This document shows positions 11,634-22,334 of a DNA stretch of 64,000 bases, in pieces. The position numbers and the translations under genes are program-made. The stretch is taken from positions 27,404,001 through 27,468,000 of the forward strand of contig NC_043012.1 of NCBI RefSeq assembly GCF_006345805.1. The letters are read 5' to 3'. Origin of the DNA: Octopus sinensis. Taxonomy: Eukaryota. Below the pieces are notes generated by a model. That model saw only the letters and a program-made list of their open reading frames with translations, was not told the origin of the DNA and did no database searches. The stretch's first letter is position 1; every line of letters starts with the position of its first letter.

Positions 11634-13975
11634 ATCATCATCATCATCATCATCATCATTTAACGTCCGCTTTCCATGCTAGCATGGGTTGGACGGTTCA
11701 ACTGGGGTCTGGGGAGCCCGAAGGCTGCACCAGGCCAGTCAGATCTGGCAGTGTTTCTACAGCTGGATGCCCTTCCTAACGCCAACCACTCCGAGAGTGT
11801 AGTGGGTGATTTTATGTGCCACCGACACAGGTGCCAGACGAGGCTGGCGAACGGCCATGCTCGGATGGTGTTTTTATGTGCCACCGACACAGGTGCCAGA
11901 TGAGGCTGGCGAACGTCCACGATCAGATGGTGTTTGTTACGTGCCCACAGCACGGAGGCCAGTCGATGCGGTACTGGCTACGGCCACGTTTGGATAGTTT
12001 TCTTGTGTGCCACCGGTACTGGTACCACAAAGATACAAATTCCATTGATGTTCATCTATTTTGATTTGATTTGATTTTCACTTGCCTCAACAGGTCTTCA
12101 CAAGTGTCACAAGAAGGAAGGTATGCACAGGTGGACTGACTACGTCCCAGGTAGGGGCCACGGGTTATGGCCTGACTAGTCTTGCCGGGTCTTCGGATGG
12201 TGTTTTTATGTGCCACCGACACAGGTGCCAGATGAGGCTGGCGAACGCCCACGATCGGATGGTGTTTGTTACGTGCCCACAGCACGGAGGCCAGTCGATG
12301 CGGTACTGGCTATGGCCACGTTCGGATGGTTTTCTTGTGTGCCACCGGCACTGGTACCACAAAGATACAAATTCCATTGATGTTCATCTATTTTGATTTG
12401 TTTTGATTTGATTTGATTTTCACTTGCCTCAACAGGTCTTCACAAGTGTCACAAGAAGGAAGGTATGCACAGGTGGACTGACTACGTCCCAGGTAGGGGC
12501 CACGGGTTATGGCCTGACTAGTCTTGCTGGGTCTTCGGATGGTGTTTTTATGTGCCACCGACACAGGTGCCAGATGAGGCTGGCGAACGGCCACGATCGG
12601 ATGGTGTTTGTTATGTGCCCACAGCATGATGGCCAGTCGATACGGTACTGGCTCTTACCCCTGCTGGTGACAAAAGGCCTCTCGCTCAGAGTAAAAGGCA
12701 GACTGTATGATGCATGTGTACGTACAGCCATGCTACATGGTAGTGAAACATGGGCCGTGACTGCTGAGGATATGCGTAAGCTCGCAAGAAATGAAGCCAG
12801 TATGCTCCAATGGATGTGTAATGTCAGTGTTCATAATCGTCAGAGTATAAGTACCTTGAGAGAAAAGTTGAACCTAAGAAGCGTCAGTTGTGGTGTGCAA
12901 GAGAGACGGCTGCGCTGGTATGGTCATGTGACGAGAATGGCTGAAGATAGTTGTGTGCAAAAGTGCTACACCCTAGCAGTTGAGGGAACCTGTGGAAGAG
13001 GTAGACCCAGGAAAACCTGGGACGAGGTGGTGAAGCACGACCTTCGAACTTTAGGTCTCACCAAGGAAATGACTAGAGACCGAGACCTATGGAAGTATGC
13101 TGTGCATGAGAAGACCCGGCAAGACAAGTCAGGCCATAACCCGTGGCCCCTACCTGGGACGTAGTCAGTCCACCTGTGCATACCTTCCTTCTTGTGACAC
13201 TTGTGAAGACCTGCTGAGGCAAGTGAAAATCAAAACAAATCAAAATAGATGAACATCAATGGAATTTGTATCTTTGTGGTACCAGTGCAGGTGGCACACA
13301 AGAAAACCATCCGAATGTGGCCGTAGCCAGTACCGCATCGACTGGCCTCCGTGCTGTGGGCACAACAAACACCATCCGATCGTGGCCTCATCTGGCACCT
13401 GTGTCGGTGGCACATAAAAACACCATCCGAAGACCCGGCAAGACTAGTCAGGCCATAACCCGTGGCCCCTACCTGGGACGTATTCAGTCCACCTGTGCAT
13501 ACCTTCCTTCTTGTGACACTTGTGAAGACCTGTTGAGGCAAGTGAAAATCAAATCAAATCAAAATAGATGAACATCAATGGAATTTGTATCTTTGTGGTA
13601 CCAGTACCGGTGGCACACAAGAAAACTATCCGAACGTGGCCGTAGCCAGTACCGCATCGACTGGCCTCCGTGCTGTGGGCACGTAACAAACACCATCCGA
13701 TCGTGGACGTTCGCCAGCCTCATCTGGCACCTGTGTCGGTGGCACATAGAAACACCTTCCGAAGATCCGGCAAGACTAGTCAGGCCATAACCCGTGGCCC
13801 CTACCTGGGACGTAGTCAGTCCACCTGTGCATACCTTCCTTCTTGTGACACTTGTGAAGACCTGCTGAGGCAAGTGAAAATCAAAATCAAAACAAATCAA
13901 AATAGATGAACATCAATGGAATTTGTATCTTTGGGGTACCAGTGCCAGTGGCACACAAGAAAACCATCCGAACTT
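11634..13975. mobile_element. Fold-back RTE 3'-end composite: minus-strand 3'UTR array, plus-strand ORF end, plus-strand 3'UTR array
   Basis: A (CAT)n tail is at 11634. Units of about 340 bp are repeated on both strands, and the ORF track gives the same peptide MPQQVFTSVTRRKVCTGG at 12082(+), 12424(+) and 13230(-). The RT end occupies 12656-13130. Confidence 0.85.
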
Positions 13976-14719
13976 CCCTGAATTTTGGGAGATTTTTTTC
14001 CACATTGTTTTCGGCATCGATTTTTCTTCAACTTTGAAAATGGATAGGAGTTTCATGTTATCAAGCATTGATTCCGAATTTAAAGCTTTTTCAACGGAAA
14101 ATAGGGAGATATCGAGAAAAAGAATGAATGCGGTCAAAAGCACGTGGTGTACAATAATTAATAGGATATTTTTTTATCCGTTAACTGAAAGCAGTGATTC
14201 CGAAGAAACAAAGCAGTGATGGCGACAGCAAAGACGATTTTACATCGGAATGTAGTAAAAAACTTTAATAATGTTTTTATTAGCAATTTTTCTGAGGAGA
14301 TAGTTTATCTATAGTCTTTCTTAGAAGCGAAATCATTAGACCTTATTTTTTTCAGTATGCTTGTTTGGAGCGATCACGTCGGAAACAAATTTACGCAGAT
14401 TGTAAAGAAACACAAAATGGGGGATCAAAGTTTGGAAAATTTGTGAAGCAAATACTGGTTACTGTTGAGGATTTAGTTTTTATACAGGGAAAATAGTATT
14501 AGTCAGCATGGCTTAGGGTACGATGTGATCTGGAAGTTATTGTTTGAAGTGATCACTACGGAAACAAATTTACGCAGATTGTAAACAAACACAAAATGGG
14601 GGATCAAATTTCGGAAAATTTGTGAAGCAAATACTGGGTACTGCTGTGGATTTAGTTTTTATACAGGGAAAATAATGTTAGTCAGCATGGCCTAGGGAAC
14701 GATGTGGTCTGGAATTTAT

Positions 14720-15482
14720 CACTTCCTTCTCTGAAGTTCAACCTTCAATCCTTTAATTCGATCTCCACCATTCACTATCATTTCTTCCCCGACTTACAGC
14801 GATGTCCATAAGCAAGCTAAGAAGATTTTCTCCCTTCTTTTTCATACATACATACATTTGTCTACCGTTTAAAGGTTTTGAACTTATAACCACCAATCTG
14901 CTTTGCTTTCCTTTTCTTTCTATATGCCACCCTAAAAACATCGCCATTCCCGCCCGTTTCTCTAAAGTTCAACCTTCGCATATTCCCGGTGCACCCGCCC
15001 TTGCCCACCCCCACCACCAATACCGGATATCTCTATATTTTTGTTCCATCTATACCGGATGTCGCTTCTCCCACCACCATTATAGGTGTCTACGCTTCGA
15101 ACCCCCCTCTTCAACACGCTATTTCACCATGCATTACCCCTCTCTTGATATCCTACGTTCTACTTGCCTAGAACCTGTCATCATTTCTCTGAACCACCCC
15201 TCCCCACTGGTGCTCCCCTATATATTTCTGCACCCCCCCACCACATAAAAAGCACCATCCGAACGTGGCCGATGCCAGACCCCTCTGGCACCTGTGCAGG
15301 TGGCACGTAAAAAACGCCCACTACACTCGCGGAGTGGTTGGCGTTAGGAAGGGCATCCAGCTGTAGAAACACTGCCAGACTAGACTGGAGCCTGGGGCAG
15401 TCCCTAGCTCCCCAGACCCCGGTCGAAACCGTCCAACCCGTGCTAGCGCGGAAAACGGACGTTAAACGATGATGATGATGAT
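14720..15482 (+). mobile_element. Bipartite non-autonomous RTE derivative (5'UTR-like part fused to the 3' tail)
   Basis: ggtgcacccgccct...cacccccacca at about 14988 also occurs in the 5'UTR of the RTE at about 36490-36520. The 3' end is gttaaacgatgatgatg. There is no ORF. It is inserted in the piggyBac transposase. Confidence 0.55.
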
Positions 15483-15759
15483 ACCATAACCAGGGCCGTA
15501 TATTATTTTTTGACTGATTTCTTTAGTTCGGTCAAACTTGCAGTGGATTCCAGTATTTCAGTTTATTCCACCTTTATGGTACACCTGTTGTGCATTAAAT
15601 TCAACTGATGATCTAGTGATGTGCACAATTCTTCTTTTTTCAAAATTTTGTTGCATACCCATTTGACTATTAGCTGCTGATTCATTTTCTATGGTGATGT
15701 TTAAACAAAATTTTAATAATTTTACCTTTTGCTCAATTTACCTGTAATTAAAGTCATCA

Positions 15760-16130
15760 TCATTATTCATCATTGTTCGACCGTGGTCGAGACAATGGAA
15801 TTTACCATGCTACGCCAGACTTCACGGTCCATCATGGCATTACGGAGGTCCTGTTGCTGGATGCCTGTATCCCTGGAGATTACATCAGGGTAGGAGAGTG
15901 TGCGCCCTCTGGTATTGCGAGTAGATGGCTCCCAGAGGAGAAGAGTAGAAATTACTTCTTTTTCAGCTCTACAACAATGTCCAGCAAACTGGACTCTCCT
16001 ACCTTTCACAAGAGATGACACAGGTGGTAGTTTCCCATATATTTGCATTTTGGTTGGATGGCGCTTCCACGAGAGATTTTGAGCTCTCATAATTAAAGTC
16101 ACTTTGAGACAAAAGTTATGCAATAGAATT
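15760..16130 (-). mobile_element. 5'-truncated RTE LINE of a different subfamily, 3' end
   Basis: ORF 15770: LPPVSSLVKGRRVQFAGHCCRAEKEVISTLLLWEP...VSTTVEQ*, followed by a tgatgaataatgatgatgac tail. Confidence 0.8.
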
Positions 16131-16300
16131 GATTAAGAATCCTTTCTTTAATTATGTTCCAAATACCACATTAATATGTTGATAAGTAAAAAAGTTACAG
16201 TTATTTAATGAAACAAGCCTAAATTCATGATTATTTTAGAATTTAATTGAAACTCAGGAGCGGTGTATTTTGGTCAGAAATATAGTAACGAAATGGTTAA

Positions 16301-17310
16301 CATGTGGTTGATTTGTGCTAGTATCATTTAGATGACCTACTCTGCTTATACCTATGCTATTATAAGGATTAATATTTGCGATCTTTCTTTTTAATTTAGT
16401 ATCTGGTATATAGTAGATACTTTTATGAATCCCACTTAATTTCAAGGCATTATTATATATAAAGATGTATTGATTGAAGATTTCCTTGTTAGCAGATAGA
16501 TTTGACACCCTAATAGAGATAGTGACTACAATGCTAATAGTTAAGCTAGGGTGATTAGAGGAAATGTTGATATACTGGAGGGTTTGGTTTGGCTTTCGGG
16601 ATGGATAGTAAAGCTCCATGTTCAAGTCTAATGTTACATCGAGGAAATTAGCCACTTTGGAGTTGATATCGAAAATGATATCAAGATTAAAAAAATTAAA
16701 AAAAAATTTCTGTTAATTCCTTTTTACCATTTCAGCAGGGGGATTTGACAGACCATGTGCAATAAATATGGCATCGTCGCTATATAAACCCCCAGAGAGA
16801 TTAGGGAAGTTACTTTTATTTTCGCAAGGAGATACAGGCCCACTAAATCCATAATCTGTGTTGAGTCTTCATTATATTGAATAGGCTCATGGAATTAGTC
16901 CTTACCGAATTTTGATCAAGGTCATCCTGGGATGTCAGTTAAATAACAGGTGAATATTAATACTTTGTTAAGCAAAATAGAGGAGATCGATGCATAGTAA
17001 TTTGAAATATTGAACTAGTGGATGTTTTTATCAATAAGGGAATGGAACCAAGAGATCACATCTCTGGTAGAGTTCCATAAGGGTAATGCAACATTATGCT
17101 TAACCAAAGGGACAATTCTGTCAATTATGGATTTTATGATTCTGCCCAAATCAGATTTTGCAGGGCAAATTATTCTAATAGAAGGTTTCGACTGGAAATC
17201 TATCTTATGGTCCCTAAGGGTACAGTGGGAGATTTTGGTGAGTAAGGTTGAGTTCTGTCTAGCATTCCTAAATTAGAAATGAGTTCATAATGTGCATTAT
17301 TAATTTCTGT
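16301..17310 (-). mobile_element. Penelope-like element, RT segment (part 1), 5'-truncated
   Basis: Translates as LRDHKIDFQSKPSIRIICPAKSDLGRI, GLYSDDAIF (YRDD-type motif) and NFLDVTLDL...YINISSNHP. Confidence 0.85.
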
Positions 17311-17354
17311 CAAGGCAGTGGCATTTTAAAACATACTTATTATATATATATATA

Positions 17355-17852
17355 TCATCATCATCATCGTTTAACATCCGTTTTCCATAGGTTGGTGAGT
17401 TTGACCGGGATCTGGGAAGCCAGAAGGCTGCACCAGGCTCCAGTCTGATCTGGCAGTGTTTCTACAGCTGGATGCCCTTCCTAACGCCAACCACTCCGCG
17501 AGTGTAGTGGGCGTTTTTTACGTGCCACCTGCACAGGTGCCAGAGGGGTCTGGCATCGGCCACGTTCGGATGGTGCTTTTTATGTGGGGGGGGGGGGGGT
17601 TTCAGAAATATATATCATCATCATCATCGTTTAACATCCGTTTTCCATGGGTTGGTGAGTTTGACCGGGATCTGGGAAGCCAGAAGGCTGCACCAGGCTC
17701 CAGTCTGATCTGGCAGTGTTTCTACAGCTGGATGCCCTCCCTAACAGCAACCACTCCGTGAGTGTAGTGGGTGCTTTTTTCGTGCCACTGGCACAGGTGC
17801 CACGCGAGGCTGGCAACGGCCATGATCGGATTGGTGCTTTTTACATGCCACC
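17355..17852 (-). mobile_element. Two tandem RTE 3'-tail copies
   Basis: catcatcatcgtttaacatccgttttcca begins at about 17355 and again at about 17614. Both copies share the same shortened ggttggtgagtttgacc variant. Confidence 0.85.
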
Positions 17853-17873
17853 ATATATATATATTTATATATA

Positions 17874-19157
17874 TTGGGTTGTCAGGAAAGTTCGCATCGA
17901 TTTTTAGAGGAAAGAAAAAGGTCAATAAATACTTGCCATTACATTTTTAATCAACCAGATATAAACCACTTTGTTGCACAATGTGTCTCCATCTTTCCTT
18001 TAACTTGAAAATACCCTCTTCCCAGAATTGAGGTGGTTTCATGGCAAAGAATTCATCAAGGTATCTTTTTACGTGATCCAAGGAATTGAAATTTTTACTA
18101 TTAAGACTATTCTGCAGAGATGTGAATAAGTTGAAATCCGAAGGAACAATATTTGGCGAATATGGAGGGTGGGGTAACACATCCCAGCCGTGCTGCAGCA
18201 ATTTTTGTCTGGTTCCCAAAGAAACGTGCGGTCTTGCATTATCATGTTGGAAAACAACACCCTTCCTGTTGGCCAATACTGGATGTTTCTCTTGAATTGC
18301 TGCTTTTAACTCGTCCAGCTGTGTGCAGTATTTCTCAGAATTAATTGTCTGGTTACTTGGGAGAAGATCATAGTACAGAATTCCTTTCCAATCCCACCAG
18401 ACACAAAGCAAGCTGTTTTTAGTGTGAAGACCCTCTTTTGGGGTGGCTAATCGTGGCTCATGTCGCTTACTCCAGGATTGCTTTCTCTGAACATTTCAGT
18501 AGACAATCCATTTCTCATCACCTGTCACAATTTGCTTTAAAAAAGGCACGTTTTCATTCCGTTTATAAAGTGAATCACAGATGGAAATGTGATCCAAAAG
18601 GTTCTTCTCACTCAACTCATGTGGTACCCAAATATTGTAGTGATTTGTGTACCCAAGCTTTACCAGATGTTCATGAATGACGGATTTTGATAGGTTGAGG
18701 CTTTCTACCAATTTTCGGGTTGTGCAATGTGGGTTATTCTCAATTAATGATTTGATTTGGTCATCATCTGTAGTGGATGGTCTTCCTGATCACTCTTTAT
18801 CAATAAGGCTACAATCTCCTGCTCGGAACCTTGCAAACCACTTTCGTACAGTTCTTTCGGATAAAGAAACATCACCGTAAACTGCGCATATTTCTTTGGT
18901 TGCTTGTGAGGCATTTTTCCCTTTACAGAAAAAGAAAAGCATCAAGTGCTGAAAATGAACTTTCTTATCTTCCATTTTAAAGGGTTACAGAATTAACACA
19001 GGTTATAGGAACATAAACCTTCTTCCACGAAAAGATAGCTTAAACTGTGCTCTAAATGGAGGTGTAGTCAAATCCTTTTTTATGGACTCAACCATATTCT
19101 AAAATAAGTCGAAAGGTAAGCTCCTATAAATCGGCATGAACTTTCCGGACAACCCAA
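17874..19157 (-). mobile_element. Full-length mariner (DD34D), frameshifted
   Basis: TA-flanked TIRs ttgggttgtc(a/c)ggaaagttc. ORFs 18790, 18496 and 17947 give MEDKKVHF, IVTGDEKWIVY and HDNARPH...HPPYSPNIVPSDF, with 34 residues between the second and third D. Confidence 0.93.
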
Positions 19158-19184
19158 TATATATATAAGGTAAAAAAATGTATG

Positions 19185-19226
<42 letters not shown>

Positions 19227-19399
19227 AACACACACACACACATACATCTTTTACCTTTTACATGTTTCAGTCATTAGACTGTAGCCATGATGGGGCACCA
19301 CTTCGAAGGGTTTACTCAAACAGAATGGCCCCAGTACTAATTTTTTCTAACTTTAGTATTGATCTTTTTTTACTGAACTGCTAGATTACATGCATGACA

Positions 19400-20050
19400 G
19401 GTTTCTTTCCATTTCCATCTACCAAATCCACTCACACTATTTTGGTCAGCCCAGAACTGTAGAAGACACTTACCTAAGTGAAGTTGGACCCAGAACAAAG
19501 TGGTTATGAAGCAAACAAACACATCCATGCCTGCGCCTATACATACATATATTAGTGTTTTGCTCTTGGGAAGATCCTGTGCATATTAACCTTCTCTAGC
19601 ACTCTCTACACAACCTAAGAGGGTCAGTACTCTGGACAGTTAATTAGATTACCAAAACTTCAGTTAACATAACTAGACTTGATATGAACAGTGGAGTAGT
19701 TTCCAATTGCTTTCTCCAGGCAGGTGGGATTTGAACTCAGAAACTAGAGAGCTGGAAGATAGACAGACCATAAAGCATCTCTGCAGATGCGCCAACAATT
19801 CTGCCCTTCTCCCACCTGCAGAGCAATGTGAAATGAAATGTTTTGCTCAAGAACACAACATGCTTCCTGATTCAAGAAGTGAACCTATGATCCAGTGATC
19901 ATGAGTGCAACGTCCTAACCACTGGACCACATGCCTTCAGAATCATTATTGTGCCAGACAAAATGGTTTGCAACATTCCTTCCAACTCTTTACATTCTGA
20001 GTTCAAAAGCTGCTGAGGTTGATTTTGCCTTTCATCATTTTGGGGTTGAT
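19400..20050. mobile_element. Cluster of decayed tRNA-headed SINE fragments
   Basis: Contains gtagaagacacttacc...ccatgcctgcgcc (reverse head), gatttgaactcagaa, and ctgagttcaaaagctgctgaggttgattttgcctttcatc. Confidence 0.55.
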
Positions 20051-20416
20051 GTGTGTGGGTGTGTGTAGCTATATATTTATTTCAGCCCAAATGACTGTAG
20101 CACTTTAACTATTACTTTCAAACAAAAGACGAGTTCCAAAACATTAGATTTTACAATTCTTATGGAAAATTAACTTATCAAACTCTCATATTAAATCTTA
20201 TACATTGTTATGATTGCATAAACAAGTAAAACCAACAACATATTTATTCAAACAACTTAAGAATATGTAATAAAATGTAACTAAGGATGTTATGTCACTA
20301 TTATTTTACCATTTTCTCTCTGCTTGCAAGAAAGGGCATATAATATAAGGGGATATAATATAACAGGCATGTAATATAATAGGTTAATAAAACAAAATCT
20401 AATTGGATATACTTAC

Positions 20417-20521
20417 ATATGCTGAGCAAAACTGCGAAGGACCACCTGATGGATAGGATTGAAAAACATTCCGAGACAATGTAATTGTGGAGAGTTGAGT
20501 TAGGCTTGACAGCAAACCTTC
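20417..20521 (-). CDS. SHOC2: SHOC2/Sur-8 internal coding exon, 105 bp, phase 0-0
   Basis: The minus strand reads tttttcattccttAG|GAA GGT TTG CTG ... TCA GCA TAT|GTaagt. This gives [35 protein letters not shown], matching the recalled SHOC2 segment [35 protein letters not shown], including the diagnostic YPxGGPSQF. Confidence 0.93.
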
Positions 20522-20539
20522 CTAAGGAATGAAAAAGGA

Positions 20540-20577
<38 letters not shown>

Positions 20578-20859
20578 GAACATACATATTACAAGTACTA
20601 CATTTGACAAATATTCCAGTGTGTGGAATATTTGACCAAAACATTATGAATAGAAAACTGAAGAAAAATGTTTCTCTATACATATGTTCAATATATGAGT
20701 ATATTCTGCAATTCTATCAAAACAAGCAATATCTAAAAAGTATTGAGCTGCAATACTGGATGTTTGGGCTGAATTTGATGATTTTAGAAGTCTCATTTTT
20801 TCAGGAACAGCTTGTAGAGATGACCGATCAATGGCTTTGGAGAGATTAAAGTTGTAATA

Positions 20860-21500
20860 GAGAAAAAGTTAGCTGACATGGAGGACTGGAAGCCATCTGA
20901 ATATTGGAAAAGAGTTTCCTCTATCAAGAGGATTTGTGCCAGGTATCAAAATGCTGTTATCATGACTGATGCTCAATGCTCTGTGAATACTGTAAAGGCT
21001 ATAAGTTGTGACAAGGACAGCTGCAACAGAGAATACAAAGTCATAACTAGCAGGAAGGTACACAGCAGGCATTCTGATTGTCTGCATACTGGAATTCCAC
21101 CCCACATATTTGAACAGAGCCTTAGGCTCAATTTAGATAGCTATGTGAAGCTGTTGGAGACTGGTCAAACCTTAGCTGGAGAGGGTTGCTGCTGGAAGGC
21201 TATATGTGTGACAACAGGATTCAGCTCCTTACTATACCACCCAAAAGAGTCAGAAGTGGTTGTCAGAGAATTTTTATGACTTCACCATCCCTTCTTTCTT
21301 GCTTCCTAATTCCCCCATTTTTAATCTCATGGATTACTCTGTGTGGGGCACAGTTGAGAAAGATACCACATTTTCTACTGGTGAGAAAGATTAAGGAGGT
21401 GTTCAAAGGTATTCTCAGGGCCACCGTGAAGAAAGCATATGCCAGGAGCTGCCTTGAGACCATGGTGGAAGCTGAAGTCAACTGCTTTGAGTAAACCGTT
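20860..21500 (+). mobile_element. Internally deleted maT/DD37D-type Tc1-mariner relic
   Basis: An HTH-like ICARYQNAVIMTDAQCSVNTVKAI and RKVHSRHSD jump to PPHIFEQ. Near 21305-21360 is a PNSP..NLMDYSVWGTVEK remnant that parallels the element at 56433. Confidence 0.65.
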
Positions 21501-22334
21501 TACTCCTCAACCATAATCTCATTGATATATTTTGATTTTTGTAACACACTTTTATTTTTGAATGGGATATTGTGTTTTCTTTTCCTTTTGTGCAAACTGC
21601 CAAATATAGCCTGAATACCTTGTATACCATGTGTTAATAGATTCATACTGATTTTGCCTTCTATATAAACTCTAGCATATCCAACATAAAACATGTTAAA
21701 AAAGATTGGGTTGCATAATTATCATCCAAATATCAGCTCAAAATGCAAGTGGCTCACCACACTGTTGAAAATGCTATTTTATTTATTTATTTTTTTTTGT
21801 TTGTATTATCGAGTAATCATTGATAAAATATATAAACTTCAGCAATGTTTTTATAATATCAGCATGGATACCTAAGCAAGCAAATTTGATGAAAATAGAA
21901 AAGACCTGGAAATGCAATTATAATTTTTACAGAAAAAGTCAAAAACAACATCTGGGTTTTCAATTAAAACCTTGACCAATTCAAATGCAAAAATAATTTT
22001 TCCTTCCCCGCACTAAAAGGTCACTAACTACTAAACAAACAAGTCTGACCATACTAATACAAAAGCCATGCCTCTTTACCTCCAACTCCTACTCAAAAAT
22101 CTTTTCTTCTTTCTTCTCCCTTGCTTGGCAAACCCCACAAATTTTTTATATATCAAAACGCCAAGGAATCTAACTTTAAACCACTTTTTGATAAATCCGA
22201 TTAAGGAAGAAAGCGCTAAAAGTGTAAATAAAAAATTATATACAATCATCCAGCATTCTGACTAACTATTCTAAATATACTATATCTGTACATCACTTCA
22301 AAAACTCTCTCTCTCTATATATATATATATATAT

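Larger units (their letters stand above)
11446..16296 (+). mobile_element. piggyBac relic (TTAA-flanked) carrying nested insertions
   Basis: TTAA sites are at 11442-45 and 16297-300. The ends are CCCTTTTGTTAC and rc CCATTTCGTTAC (10/12 match). Transposase remnants are HKMGIKVWKICEANTGYC*GFSFYTGK...GLGYDV at 14400-14710 and ILFFD.FFSSVKLA at about 15500. Confidence 0.75.

Noticed and set aside
11800-13960. Regularly recurring atgtgccaccgacacaggtgccaga motifs resembling a CRISPR array
   Set aside because: The intervening sequences are themselves repeated, the motif is internal to the RTE 3'UTR, there are no cas genes, and the context is a eukaryotic intron.
21590-21655. Possible small minus-strand exon (ag...AAG|gtattc)
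   Set aside because: No frame resembles SHOC2, and the two accepted exons already join without a gap.
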